A DNA stretch of 64,000 bases, taken from the NCBI GenBank assembly GCA_032718475.1, contig JAUCBJ010007374.1:34920-98919 (forward strand). The letters are read 5' to 3'. Of the stretch, positions 21,101 to 33,716 are shown piece after piece. Position numbers and translations under genes: made by a program. Positions within the stretch are counted from its first letter, which is position 1; each line of letters starts with the position of its first letter. The stretch is from Nemertoderma westbladi (taxonomy: Eukaryota > Animalia > Xenacoelomorpha). Below the pieces are notes generated by a model, which was not told where the DNA came from, did no database searches, and saw only the letters and a program-made list of their open reading frames with translations.

Positions 21101-22708
21101 TGGACACTTTGACATTGTGGACAGTTTGACCTTGTGGATAGTTTGACCTTGTGGACAGTTTGACCTTGTGGACAGTTTGACCTTGTGGACAGTTTAACCT
21201 TGTGGACACTTTGACCTAGTGGACAGTTTGACCTAGTGGACAGTTTGACCTTGTGGACACTTTGACATTGTGGACAGTTTAACCATGTGGACACTTTGAC
21301 CTTGTGAAAACTTTGACCTTGTGGACAGTTTGACCTTGCGGACAGTTTGACCTTGTGGACAGTTTAACCTTGTGGACACTTTGACCTAGTGGACAGTTTG
21401 ACCTTGTGGACAGTTTAAACCTTTTGGACACTTTGACCTTGTGGACACTTTGACCTTGTGGATAGTTTGACCTTGTGGACACTTTGACCTAGTGGACAGT
21501 TTGACCTTGTGGACAGTTTAAACCTTTTGGACACTTTTTAACCTTGTGGACAGTTTGACCTTGTGGACACTTTGACATTGTGGATAGTTTGACCTTGTGG
21601 ACACTTTGACCTAGTGGACAGTTTGACCTTGTGGACAGTTTAAACCTTTTGGACACTTTGACCTTGTGGATAGTTTGACGTTTAGATAGTTTGACCTTGT
21701 GGACAGGTTGACCTTGTGGACAGTTTGACCTTGTGGACAGTTTGACCTTGTGGACACTTTGACATTGTGGATAGTTTGACCTTGTGGACACTTTGACCTA
21801 GTGGACAGTTTGACCTTGTGGACAGTTTAAACCTTTTGGACACTTTGACCTTGTGGATAGTTTGACGTTTAGATAGTTTGACCTTGTGGACAGGTTGACC
21901 TTGTGGACAGTTTGACCTTGTGGACAGTTTGACCTTGTGGACACTTTGACATTGTGGATAGTTTGACCTTGTGGACACTTTGACCTAGTGGACAGTTTGA
22001 CCTCTTGGACAGTTTAAACCTTTTGGACACTTTGACCTTGTGGACAGTTTGACCTTGTGGACACTTTGACATTGTGGACAGTTTGACCTTGTGGACAGTT
22101 TGACCTTGTGGATGGTTTGACCTTGTGGACAGTTTGACCTTGTGGACAGTTTAAACCTTTTGGACACTTTGACCTTGTGGATAGTTTGACGTTTAGATAG
22201 TTTGACCTTGTGGACAGGTTGACCTTGTGGACAGTTTGACCTTGTGGACAGTTTGACCTTGTGGACACTTTGACATTGTGGATAGTTTGACCTTGTGGAC
22301 ACTTTGACCTAGTGGACAGTTTGACCTCTTGGACAGTTTAAACCTTTTGGACACTTTGACCTTGTGGACAGTTTGACCTTGTGGACAGTTTGAACCTTTT
22401 GGACACTTTGACCTTGTGGACAGTTTGACCTTGTGGACAGTTTGACCTTGTGGACAGGTTGACCTTGTGGACAGTTTGACCTTGTGGACAGTTTGACCTT
22501 GTGGACACTTTGACATTGTGGATAGTTTGACCTTGTGGACACTTTGACCTAGTGGACAGTTTGACCTCTGTGGACAGTTTAAACCTTTTGGACACTTTGA
22601 CCTTGTGGACAGTTTGACCTTGTGGACACTTTGACATTGTGGACAGTTTGACCTTGTGGACAGTTTGACCTTGTGGATGGTTTGACCTTGTGGATAGTTT
22701 GACCTTGT
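15114..22708 (+). repeat. 17-bp satellite (TTGACCTTGTGGACAGT)n, about 7.6 kb, about 445 units
   Basis: Continuous array. Internal higher-order duplications include 16471-16707 = 19351-19587 (offset 2880) and 20617 vs 21489 (offset 872). Confidence 0.98.
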
Positions 22709-23665
22709 TGATTACTGGATACTTGAGGTTTCGGTTGCCTCTGGTGTTTCGTATTTCACGTTCACCCATCATTTTACTTTAGTTTCCTTACTTACGCCGA
22801 GATACTACTTATAACCATGTCCTGGAATAGTGTCTTTATTCAAGCACCCGTCGCCCCCCTAAATTATTCTACAAATCTTAATAAGATTGCAAGAAATAAT
22901 TTTAAAACAGAGTTAGTTTTACCTCACAAATGTTTACTGGGTGGGTGAGTCAGGATGTTTCTTTTTGGTTAAAGAATAACTGCGACTGGTAAAACATCGA
23001 ATGAGACATCCTTTTTAAACGCTGTTTCTAGCTAAAGATTGAAAGCGAAAACAATTCCGACTCACTCGAGAGGAGATAATTCCACTGCATAAAGTAACAT
23101 AGACCTCTGAGTACTGATTTTACTGTCCCACGTTTAAGTGAAAGTAAAATGGTGGGTTTATTTTCTGACCAAAAAGCTCATTAATATTGAATAAACATTT
23201 ATTTAGAACAATACACATTCCAGATAGATGCCACGGAAGCTAATAAATAAATACAAAATTAATAAATTCACATTAAAATAATAAACCAGTATATTATACC
23301 TAAAATAGGTACTTTCGAGTAATTTAATTGGTCCTACAATAATTGCGAGGGTCAGAAATTACTACACATTATATTCACCCTATTAGCACGGGGGGGGGGG
23401 GGGGGGGGGTGGGTTGTATAATTATCACCCCAACAAAACGCCTAGAGACTCTCAACATCGATTACTGGAGAAATTTTGGTCCAACAAAAAAAAAGTGAAA
23501 CACACATGTTTAACATTTTACATCTTTGAAACGATTTATATCAAATATTTCTTGGATAAGGGATTTTATGTGACGCTGTTGGGCCAAATACCATACTTGG
23601 AGCTGGAAAAGGGGCATACATTCAATTGTTTGGCCAAATTTACGGCGATATACTGTTACCGTTTA

Positions 23666-26600
23666 GAGTGAACAACAAGAGATTGCGTCTCCTACTCTCT
23701 GAGTGAACCACAAGATATTGCGTCTCCTACTCTCTGAGTGAACCACAAGAGATTGCGTCTCCTACTCTCTGAGTGAACCACAAGAGATTGCGTCTCCTAA
23801 TCTCTGTGTGAACCACAAGAGATTGCGTCTCCTACTCACTAAGTGAACCACAAGAGATTGCGTCTCCTACTATCTGAGTGAACCACAAGAGATTGCGTCT
23901 CCTACTCTCTAAGTGAACCACAAGAGATTGCGTCTCCTACTCTCTGAGTGAACAACAAGAGATTGCGTCTCCTACTCTCTGAGTGAACCACAAGAGATTG
24001 CGTCTTCTACTCTCTGAGTGAACCACAAGAGATTGCGTCTCCTACTCTCTGAGTGAACAACAAGAGATTGCGTCTCCTACTCTCTGAGTGAACCACAAGA
24101 GATTGCGTCTCCTACTCTCTGAGTGAACCACAAGAGCTGCGTCTCCTACTCTTTGAGTGAACCACAAGAGATTGCGTCTCCTACTCTCTGAGTGAACAAC
24201 AAGAGATTGCGTCTCCTACTCTCTGAGTGAACCACAAGAGATTGCGTCTTCTACTCTCTGAGTGAACCACAAGAGATTGCGTCTCCTACTCTCTGAGTGA
24301 ACCACAAGAGATTGCGTCTTCTACTCTCTGAGTGAACCACAAGAGATTGCGTCTCCTACTCTCTAAGTGAACCACAAGAGATTGCGTCTTCTACTCTCTG
24401 AGTGAACCACAAGAGATTGCGTCTCCTACTCTCTGAGTGAACAACAAGAGATTGCGTCTCCAACTCTCTGAGTGAACCACAAGAGATTGCGTCTCCTACT
24501 CTCTGAGTGAACCACAAGAGATTGCGTCTCCTACTCTCTAAGTGAACCACAAGAGATTGCGTCGCCTACTCTCTAAGTGGACCACAAGATATTGCGTCTT
24601 CTACTCTCTAAGTGAACCACAAGAGATTGCGTCTCCTACTATCTAAGTGAACCACAAGAGATTGCGTCTCCTACTCACTCTCTAAGTGAACCACAAGAGA
24701 TTGCGTCTCCTACTCTCTAAGTGAACCACAAGAGATTGCGTCTCCTACTCTCTAAGTGAACCACAAGAGATTGCGTCTCCTATTCTATGAGTGAACCACA
24801 ACAGATTGCGTCTCCTACTATCTAAGTGAACTACAAGAGATTGCGTCTCCTACTCTCTGAGTGAACCACAAGAGATTGCGTCTCCTACTCTCTAAGTGAA
24901 CCACAAGAAATTGCGTCTCCTACTCTCTAAGTGAACCACAAGAGATTGCGTCTCCTACTCTCTAAGAGATTGCGTCTTCTACTCTCTGAGTGAACCACAA
25001 GAGATTGCGTCTCCTACTCTCTAAGTGAACCACAAGAAATTGCGTCTCCTACTCTCTAAGTGAACCACAAGAGATTGCGTCTCCTACTCTCTAAGAGATT
25101 GCGTCTTCTACTCTCTGAGTGAACCACAAGAGATTGCGTCTCCTACTCTCTAAGAGATTGCGTCTTCTACTCTCTGAGTGAACCACAAGAGATTGCGTCT
25201 CCTACTCTCTGAGTGAACAACAAGAGATTGCGTCTCCTACTCTCTAAGTGAACCACAAGAGATTGCGTCTCCTACTCTCTAAGAGATTGCGTCTCCTATT
25301 CTATGAGTGAACCACAACAGATTGCGTCTCCTACTCTCTAAGTGAACTACAAGAGATTGCGTCTCCTACTCTCTGAGTGAACCACAAGAGATTGCGTCTC
25401 CTAAAGTGAACCACAAGAAATTGCGTCTCCTACTCTCTAAGTGAACCACAAGAGATTGCGTCTCCTACTCTCTAAGAGATTGCGTCTTCTACTCTCTGAG
25501 TGAACCACAAGAGATTGCGTCTCCTACTCTCTAAGTGAACCACAAGAGATTGCGTCGCCTACTCTCTAAGTGGACCACAAGATATTGCGTCTTCTACTCT
25601 CTAAGTGAACCACAAGAGATTGCGTCTCCTACTATCTAAGTGAACCACAAGAGATTGCGTCTCCTACTCACTCTCTAAGTGAACCACAAGAGATTGCGTC
25701 TCCTACTCTCTAAGTGAACCACAAGAGATTGCGTCTCCTACTCTCTAAGTGAACCACAAGAGATTGCGTCTCCTATTCTATGAGTGAACCACAACAGATT
25801 GCGTCTCCTACTCTCTGAGTGAACCACAACAGATTGCGTCTCCTACTCTCTAAGTGAACTACAAGAGATTGCGTCTCCTACTCTCTAAGTGAACCACAAG
25901 AGATTGCGTCTCCTACTCTCTAAGAGATTGCGTCTTCTACTCTCTGAGTGAACCACAAGAGATTGCGTCTCCTACTCTCTAAGTGAACCACAAGAGATTG
26001 CGTCGCCTACTCACTCTCTAAGTGAACCACAAGAGATTGCGTCTCCTACTCTCTAAGTGAACCACAAGAGATTGCGTCTCCTACTCTCTAAGTGAACCAC
26101 AAGAGATTGCGTCTCCTATTCTATGAGTGAACCACAACAGATTGCGTCTCCTACTCTCTAAGTGAACCACAAGAAATTGCGTCTCCTACTCTCTAAGTGA
26201 ACCACAAGAGATTGCGTCTCCTACTCTCTAAGAGATTGCGTCTTCTACTCTCTGAGTGAACCACAAGAGATTGCGTCTCCTACTCTCTAAGTGAACCACA
26301 AGAAATTGCGTCTCCTACTCTCTAAGTGAACCACAAGAGATTGCGTCTCCTACTCTCTAAGAGATTGCGTCTTCTACTCTCTGAGTGAACCACAAGAGAT
26401 TGCGTCTCCTACTCTCTAAGAGATTGGGTATCCTACTCTCTAAGAGATTGCGTCTCCTACTCTCTAAGAGATTGCGTCTCCTACTCTCTAAGAGATTGCG
26501 TCTCCTACTCTCTAAGAGATTGCGTCTCCTACTCTCTAAGAGATTGCGTCTCCTACTCTCTACGAGATTGCGTCTCCTACTCTCTGAGTGAACCACAAGA

Positions 26601-26740
26601 GATTGCGTCTCCTACTCTCTGAGTGAACCACAAGAGATTGTGTCTCCTACTCTCTGAGTGAACCACAAGAGATTGCGTCTCCTACTCTCTAAGAGATTGC
26701 GTCTCCTACTCTCTAAGAGATTGCGTCTCCTACTCTCTAA
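23666..26740 (+). repeat. 35-bp satellite (GAGTGAACCACAAGAGATTGCGTCTCCTACTCTCT)n with a 24-bp deletion variant
   Basis: Direct tandem repeat. The 24-mer AAGAGATTGCGTCTCCTACTCTCT appears from about 24940 and forms pure runs near 26393-26585 and at the right end. Confidence 0.97.
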
Positions 26741-27372
26741 TCTCAGTTAGAGCCCTATCGTATAGTTTACCATATTTTATTTATCTTTCATTCGTTTCCA
26801 AACCAACAGATCTTCCTTAACCCAGTCCCAATGCTAATAGGGATTTAATACAAAGTTAATAGTCAAACATTAAATAGTAAAAGTTATTAATTAGTGGCAG
26901 TCCGCAGACTCAACAATAGGGATGTGGGGAGCGCCACGAGTCCAGATACTAATTATTAGTAAACTATATTTGGCAAACAATGTCAAATATATACGAACTA
27001 CGAAACAGTTATATCGTGACCAAAGAGCCAGAACAACACTCACCAAAAAATGTGGTTTCGAGAAAAATTCAAAAAAACCTTCTCATTTCCTTCTATATGG
27101 ATCCCGTCTCCTAATTTTTTCAAAAGAGGTCTGGGAAGATACAATGATACATTTTATAATAGTCGATAGCATTCAGAATAAATTTTGTTAATGAAAAAAA
27201 AACTGTTTTTTCGATATTTTCCAAAGAGGCAAAACAACACATACTGAAATTTAACATTAACTCTAGTCTGTGTGTGTTGTTTTACCTCTAGGATTTTATC
27301 ACAGAAACAGAACGACTCACGTCATTCCTCGACTATTGAATGGTGTTTTTCCTGGCAAAGTATGGTAGAGCA

Positions 27373-28636
27373 AAGTGTGGTATGTGTTGTTTTACCTCTA
27401 ACAGTTTTCAACTTTTATGTTGTGAGGGTTGTTCTGGTTTTCCATTTCTCCTAAACGGACTGACATACAAGTCTAGGATTTTAACATAATAAGTGTGGTA
27501 TGTGTTGTTTTACTTCTAACAGTTTTCAACTTATATGTTGTGAGGGTTGTTCTGGTTTTTCATTTCTCCTAAACGGACTGACATACAAGTCTAGGATTTT
27601 AACATAATAAGTGTGGTATGTGTTGTTTTACCTCTAACGGTTTTCCACTTTTATGTTGTGAGGGTTGTTCTGGTTTTCCATATTTCCTAAACGGACTGAC
27701 ATACAAGTCTAGGATTTTAACATAATAAGTGTGGTATGTGTTGTTTTACCTCTAACGGTTTTCAACTTTTATGTTGTGAGGGTTGTTCTGGTTTTCCATA
27801 TTTCCTAAACGGACTGACATACAAGTCTAGGATTTTAACATAATAAGTGTGGTATGTGTTGTTTTACCTCTAACGGTTTTCAACTTTTATGTTGTGAGGG
27901 TTGTTCTGGTTTTCCATATTTCCTAAACGGACTGACATACAAGTCTAGGATTTTAACATAATAAGTGTGGTATGTGTTGTTTTACCTCTAACAGTTTTCA
28001 ACTTATATGTTGTGAGGGTTGTTCTGGTTTTCCATATCTCCTAAACGGACTGACACACAAGTCTAGGATTTTAACATAATAAGTGTGGTATGTGTTGTTT
28101 TACCTCTAACAGTTTTCAACTTATGTTGTGAGGGTTGTTCTGGTTTTCCATTTCTCCTAAACGGACTGACATACAAGTCTAGGATTTTAACATAATAAGT
28201 GTGGTATGTGTTGTTTTACCTCTAACAGTTTTCAACTTTTATGTTGTGAGGGTTGTTCTGGTTTTCCATTTCTCCTAAACGGACTGACATACAAGTCTAG
28301 GATTTTAACATAATAAGTGTGGTATGTGTTGTTTTACCTCTAACAGTTTTCAACTTATATGTTGTGAGGGTTGTTCTGGTTTTTCATTTCTCCTAAACGG
28401 ACTGACATACAAGTCTAGGATTTTAACATAATAAGTGTGGTATGTGTTGTTTTACCTCTAACGGTTTTCAACTTTTATGTTGTGAGGGTTGTTCTGGTTT
28501 TCCATATTTCCTAAACGGACTGACATACAAGTCTAGGATTTTAACATAATAAGTGTGGTATGTGTTGTTTTACCTCTAACGGTTTTCAACTTCTATGTTG
28601 TGAGGGCTGACATACAAGTCTAGGATTTTAACATAA
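27373..28636 (+). repeat. 118-bp tandem repeat, about 10.5 copies
   Basis: The unit starts aagtgtggtatgtgttgttttacctctaac at 27373, 27491, 27609 and so on. Confidence 0.96.
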
Positions 28637-28856
28637 GATGTAGAACGCCATCTTGAGTAATTTTGGTGAAAAAAATTTGTGGTATGTGTTGTTCTGGCTC
28701 TATAGTCACGATATGACAAATGATTCTATGCTAATTATTAATGATGAAACATTGTTAATAGCAAAAATAATGAATCAGAAGCGAAAATTAGAACCCGAGA
28801 TGAAATTTCCTACTCATATATTACAAATAACAGATAATTCAACCTGAACTCGACAA

Positions 28857-29099
28857 TTGCCCAGCGTCACGTGATTGGTCAATCCTTAGAGAAGCAGGAT
28901 TGCCCGACGTAACGTGATTGGCCAATAATTTGGATCGCAGGATTGCCCAGCGTCACGTGATTGGTCAATCCTTAGAGAAGCAGGATGGCCCGGCGTCACG
29001 TGATTGGCCAATCCTTTGGGTAGCTGGATTGCCCGGCGTCACGTGATTGGCAGATACTTTGGGTAGGCGGGTTAGCAGTCCGATCACGTGATTGGAGGA
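28857..29099 (+). repeat. 43-bp diverged tandem repeat (6 units) built around CACGTGATTGG (E-box abutting a CCAAT box)
   Basis: Units resemble ttgcccagcgtcacgtgattggtcaatccttagagaagcagga. Units 1 and 3 are identical. Confidence 0.85.
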
Positions 29100-29611
29100 C
29101 CGATTGCATTCAAAATAAAAAACCTTCCATATTAACTTGACTTCTTAAAATTATAATAACCGAACTAAACAAATTTGTATATTGGCTGGGTAAGATTGAT
29201 TAGCTCTGCTTCAGAGATCGGATAGTTAAACACATAAATCGTGGGAGAATAAGTTAAATTTTCGTCTTCTAGACCTATTTAGTATAAAATATTAATTTCC
29301 AATATGCGTAATATTTGTGCCGGGATGAATTTAGAAGCCAAAGTCAGATAGGCTGTAATAATCAGCCCGATATTTAAGCATTCAGCAGAGATATAGAATT
29401 TTCTGCATTTTTAACATCAATTATAGAAAGGTGACCCAGAAACTTGGATCCACCGTGGCCCACCCCTAACAATTACCCAAGGAAATAATCTCTCTAGCAC
29501 GATATTAAATATAGTTGGATTCAAAATGCAGCAATCTGTGATCCATCGTAATTACGTTGTTGATGTGATCAGGATGGACGATGAACTGGATACACTGAGG
29601 TTGTTTGTTGG

Positions 29612-29727
29612 TCAGTTACAACAACCGGGTTTATTATTGTCTATTATATTCTTGGAACGATTTGAACTTCGCAAACTGGTGTCTCCATATTGGATACCGG
29701 ATCCAATTCTCTCTGGGTCGAGTTCAC
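29612..29727 (-). CDS. RAB4: Rab4 coding exon 6 (GELDPERIGSGIQYGDTSLRSSNRSKNIIDNNKPGCCN*)
   Basis: ctag acceptor, the Rab4 hallmark GELDPERxGSGIQYGD, and a di-cysteine prenylation signal. The spliced CDS totals 642 nt (213 aa plus stop). Confidence 0.95.
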
Positions 29728-30046
29728 CTAGATGAGGTTCAATTATATGTTAGAGCAGACGGACATAAACTACGGGCCTATTATCTGGCATCTTGATTTC
29801 ACTATTGATTCTCAATAATTATATATCTATAGGCCAATTTGAAAATAAAATTGAGTATTAAATAGCAAAACAACATTTCTTTCAATATTCTCTCGAACGT
29901 CGACCTTTATTTTTTTTTTTTCGAGGTAATAAATAATAATTGTGAAATGTTTCTTTATAAATTTAGTTTGAAAAAAATTGGATTGGTTCTATGGAAACCA
30001 GTAGAGAAAATATTCCAATGGTAGAAAAACAATAATTAATGACTGT

Positions 30047-30234
30047 AATATTTGGGGTATATCGCCCAATATTTAGGGTATATCGCCCAATATTTAGGGT
30101 ATATCGCCCAATATTTAGGGTATATCGCCCAATATTTAGGGTATATCGCCCAATATTTAGGGTATATCGCCCAATATTTAGGGTATATCGCCCAATATTT
30201 AGGGTATATCGCCCAATATTTAGGGTATATCGCC
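30047..30234 (+). repeat. 21-bp minisatellite (GGGTATATCGCCCAATATTTA)n, about 9 copies, in Rab4 intron 5
   Basis: Near-perfect tandem repeat. Confidence 0.96.
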
Positions 30235-30339
30235 CCCGCCGGTCGATCACTATTTGTAAATAAAATATTTTAAATTATTATTAAAATGAAAGTATTGAGT
30301 AAAAGTTAACAAATAAATACTAATAATTATGCGACTCAC

Positions 30340-30435
30340 CCGTATCGATTTTAGTTAATATTGTTTTACAACATTTCATAAAAGCCTCTTCAACATTCTC
30401 TCCACTGTACGCACTTGTTTCCATGAATAATAATT
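30340..30435 (-). CDS. RAB4: Rab4 coding exon 5 ([32 protein letters not shown])
   Basis: ttttag acceptor, gtgagt donor, 96 nt, ETSA motif. Confidence 0.95.
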
Positions 30436-32006
30436 CTAAAATAATAAATAAATAATTGGATAAAGATTTAATTGTTTAATTATACCTGAAATAATGTAGG
30501 AATTTAAGTAAATACAATGTGATACATGTTAGAATTAAATTCGTTTTAAATCTGGTTGTCTGCCGTTGTTACGGATGGTACAAAGCCATGTCATTGTGCT
30601 GATAGATTATATTTGCACATAAGATACACCGATATATTGAGTTAGAAACTAACAACAATGTTTTGGCATTTATTTATATAAAAAATAAGAACCTTGTTGC
30701 TATAAAAATACGTGAAAAACTCAAAATCTAACAATTTCAGTAGCGTATCGTTTATGTGAAACCATTTAATTATTTATTTAAATAAATAATTTATTTATTA
30801 TATTATTATATTCTCTCTAGGAGGGAAATATGAAGCTAATAAATGATCAACGTCACAGATAATTGTTTAATATTATGTACTACAATGACCACAGTGATAC
30901 AACTTAAGGGGGGGGGGGGGGGGGGGGGGGTACCCCCTCCCTTTGGTAAAATTTTCACATTTTTGGTTTTCTATTTCATCTGATGCAGAATTTAATGGGG
31001 AGTTCAAATCTTGAAACTCAAGCTCAAATTCAAATCTTTTTTAGTTCTCGAGTAATCGCTGTCTTTCCGTCTATCAGTTTGTCCGTCAAAATTTAGAAGA
31101 CAGCCAGACAGACATGCTGTCAGACAGACATATTAGATGCCACCAAACATTAAAACTGACACCAGAAATGAAATCACCGACCCCGAAAACCCCCATATTG
31201 ATAATTTCAGTGAGTTGGTATAAAGCCATAGTATCAAACACTACTGACCGATTAACAGACTACAGACAGTCAGGTTTGAGCGGGAAGGTTTAAACTTTAA
31301 AGCAAATTATCTCGGAATTATATTTCACGATATTTCCATTTTTCAAAATACTACTCCTCCGCCGTTTTTCACCCAAATTCGATAATTTATGGCTCGTTTG
31401 AAAGGTTTTTTGAACATCTTGAAAAATTATCCAGCACTTTTTTGAAATTTTTTTTTTTAATATTATTGAAAATTTTAATTAATTTTTATTAATAAATTTA
31501 ATTAAAAATTAATAATTTAAAAAATCGGCTGGATAATTTTTGTAGAAACGATGGTGCTGAGTCCAAAAAAGTTGGTTTAAAAAAAATTCGATAAATATTA
31601 AGGGACTAGTAGTGTTTTTAGTGAAATATTTAATTCCGCCACTCGCCGCTAGAGGGACACAAAAAAATTTAAAATTTCAATTTTTGTTGCTCTTTGGCCT
31701 TCCCCACGTTGGCTGAACACAACATAACAATGATATTGACCTACAACACGAAGTTTGAGCTGTTTAAAAAAAACTTACTTACTACTTTATACTTGTTTAT
31801 CGAATATTGCGGGATTACGGAAAATTTAAAGCAACACCAATTGGGGAGAAAGATGGCATCGAATGCAAACGACAAAAATTGGCTCTATGTTCATAACACA
31901 AACATCAGTTTGGAATTTTATAATCCCGTCCGCAACTTTCATAACAAATACTTAGTAAATATACTAAAAAGTTAAGAAACCATCAGTTATCATATACCTT
32001 AATTTA

Positions 32007-33039
32007 CGTGTTGCGGATGGGACATCCGTTGCGGATGGGACATTGGCATTTACTTCTCTACCCGGGAATAACTGCTATGTCGTTACCGATGGAACATCCG
32101 TTGCGGACGGGACATTGGCATTTACTTCTCTACCCTGAAATAACTGCTATGTCGTTACCGATGGGACATCCGTTGCGGATGGGACATTGGCATTTACTTC
32201 TCTACCCTGAAATAACTGCTATGTCGTTACCGATGGAACATCCGTTGCGGACGGGACATTGGCATTTACTTCTCTACCCTGAAATAACTGCTATGTCGTT
32301 ACCGATGGAACATCCGTTGCGGACGGGACATTGGCATTTACTTGTCTACCCTGGAATAACTGCTAATTGTCAACTTTTTTATTATTTATTAATTAGTTAG
32401 GGTTGATGTCTTACAGAAAAAATATAAATAGCCACTTGATAGTGCCCAGGGCTTACAAGAAACGCCCGTTGCGGATGGACAGGTTGCTTGTAATTTCAAA
32501 CAAACGGTAGAAATTTGAGTTATTTTTTAATAATACTTGGAAGATTGTGCTTAATTGCTCGTACAATACTGTGTGTCTGTAATAATTGACCAACTTTTGG
32601 CACAAAAATACACGTTATTATACCATTCGTGTTCCACTAAATTAAGAATGTTTCGGATGGGACATTTAGCATGACAATTTTTGTTCCACAGATAAAGCTG
32701 AAATCAATGCCTAAATAGATCAATCCTTGATTTTTTTCACTTTAAAACGTAAGCTGGACATATAAACCACGTAATATTGAAGAGCTAATCTTTGAGCATA
32801 ATGTTCATAAATTATAGTACTAACGTAGGTTTTTTTTTTCACAAATGTTGTGGATGGGACACATTTTATTATTATTTTGACTTCAAAAGGTCATGACTAT
32901 ATTTTTGCAGAATCCTTTTTGTGGCATATAGGTTGGAATATTATTGTCGAATAAAATGAGCCATTACTCTAATATCTATGATGGTTAGTATGAGAAATAA
33001 ACGGCCATGAAATAGGCAAATGTCCCGTCCGCAACGCGG
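32007..33039. mobile_element. TA-flanked MITE-like element in Rab4 intron 4
   Basis: Left TA|cgtgttgcggatgggacat and right atgtcccgtccgcaacgcgg|TA form imperfect TIRs. Internal ggatgggaca motifs recur. A further motif copy at 31924 makes the left boundary uncertain. Confidence 0.55.
32008..32365 (+). repeat. 72-bp tandem repeat, about 4.7 copies
   Basis: The unit ccgttgcgga(t/c)gggacattggcatttacttctctaccc... starts at 32026, 32098, 32170, 32242 and 32314. Confidence 0.95.
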
Positions 33040-33077
33040 TACAGATTTGATGAGAATCACCCCAGTGATTGTTGTGT

Positions 33078-33716
33078 ACCGTTCCCCTGACTACCACCCG
33101 TTCCCCTGACTACCACCCGTTCCCCTGACTACCAACCGTTCCCCTGACTACCACCCGTTCCCCTGACTACCAACCGTTCCCCTGACTACCACCCGTTCCC
33201 CTGACTACCAACCGTTCCCCTGACAAGCAACCGTTCTCCTGACTACCACCCGTTCCCCTGACTACCAACCGTTCCCCTGACTACCACCCGTTCCCCTGAC
33301 TACCACCCATTCCCCTGACTACCACCCGTTCCCCTGCCTAACACCCGTTCCCCTGACTACCACCCGTTCCCCTGGCTACCAACCGTTCCCCTGACTACCA
33401 CCCGTTCCCCTGCCTAACACCCGTTCCCCTGACTACCACCCGTTCCCCTGACTACCAACCGTTCCCCTGCCTAACACCCGTTCCCCTGACTACCAACCGT
33501 TCCCCTGACTACCACCCGTTCCCCTGACTACCAACCGTTCCCCTGACAACCAACCGTTCCCCTGACTACCAACCGTTCCCCTGACTACCACCCGTTCCCC
33601 TAACTACCAACCGTTCCCCTAACAACCAACCGTTCCCCTAACTACCAACGGTTCCCCTGACTACCACCCGTTCCCCTGACTACCACCCGTTCCCCTGACT
33701 ACCAACCGTTCTCCTG
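33078..33716 (+). repeat. 19-bp minisatellite (CCGTTCCCCTGACTACCAM)n, about 33 copies, overlapping the Rab4 exon 4 donor
   Basis: Tandem array whose last unit (ccgttctcctg) is the 3' end of exon 4. Confidence 0.96.

Noticed and set aside
14946-22772. Many Cys/His/Lys-rich ORFs (CPQGQTVHKVKLSTR) resembling zinc fingers
   Set aside because: These are translations of the 17-bp satellite. All three frames give the same peptide and they are frequently interrupted.
23666-26740. 35-bp repeat of CRISPR-like length
   Set aside because: Units are head-to-tail with no unique spacers, there are no cas genes, and the context is eukaryotic.
32008-32400. 130-aa ORF with 24-aa repeats
   Set aside because: It is a 72-bp tandem repeat at a MITE end within a Rab4 intron, antisense to the gene.
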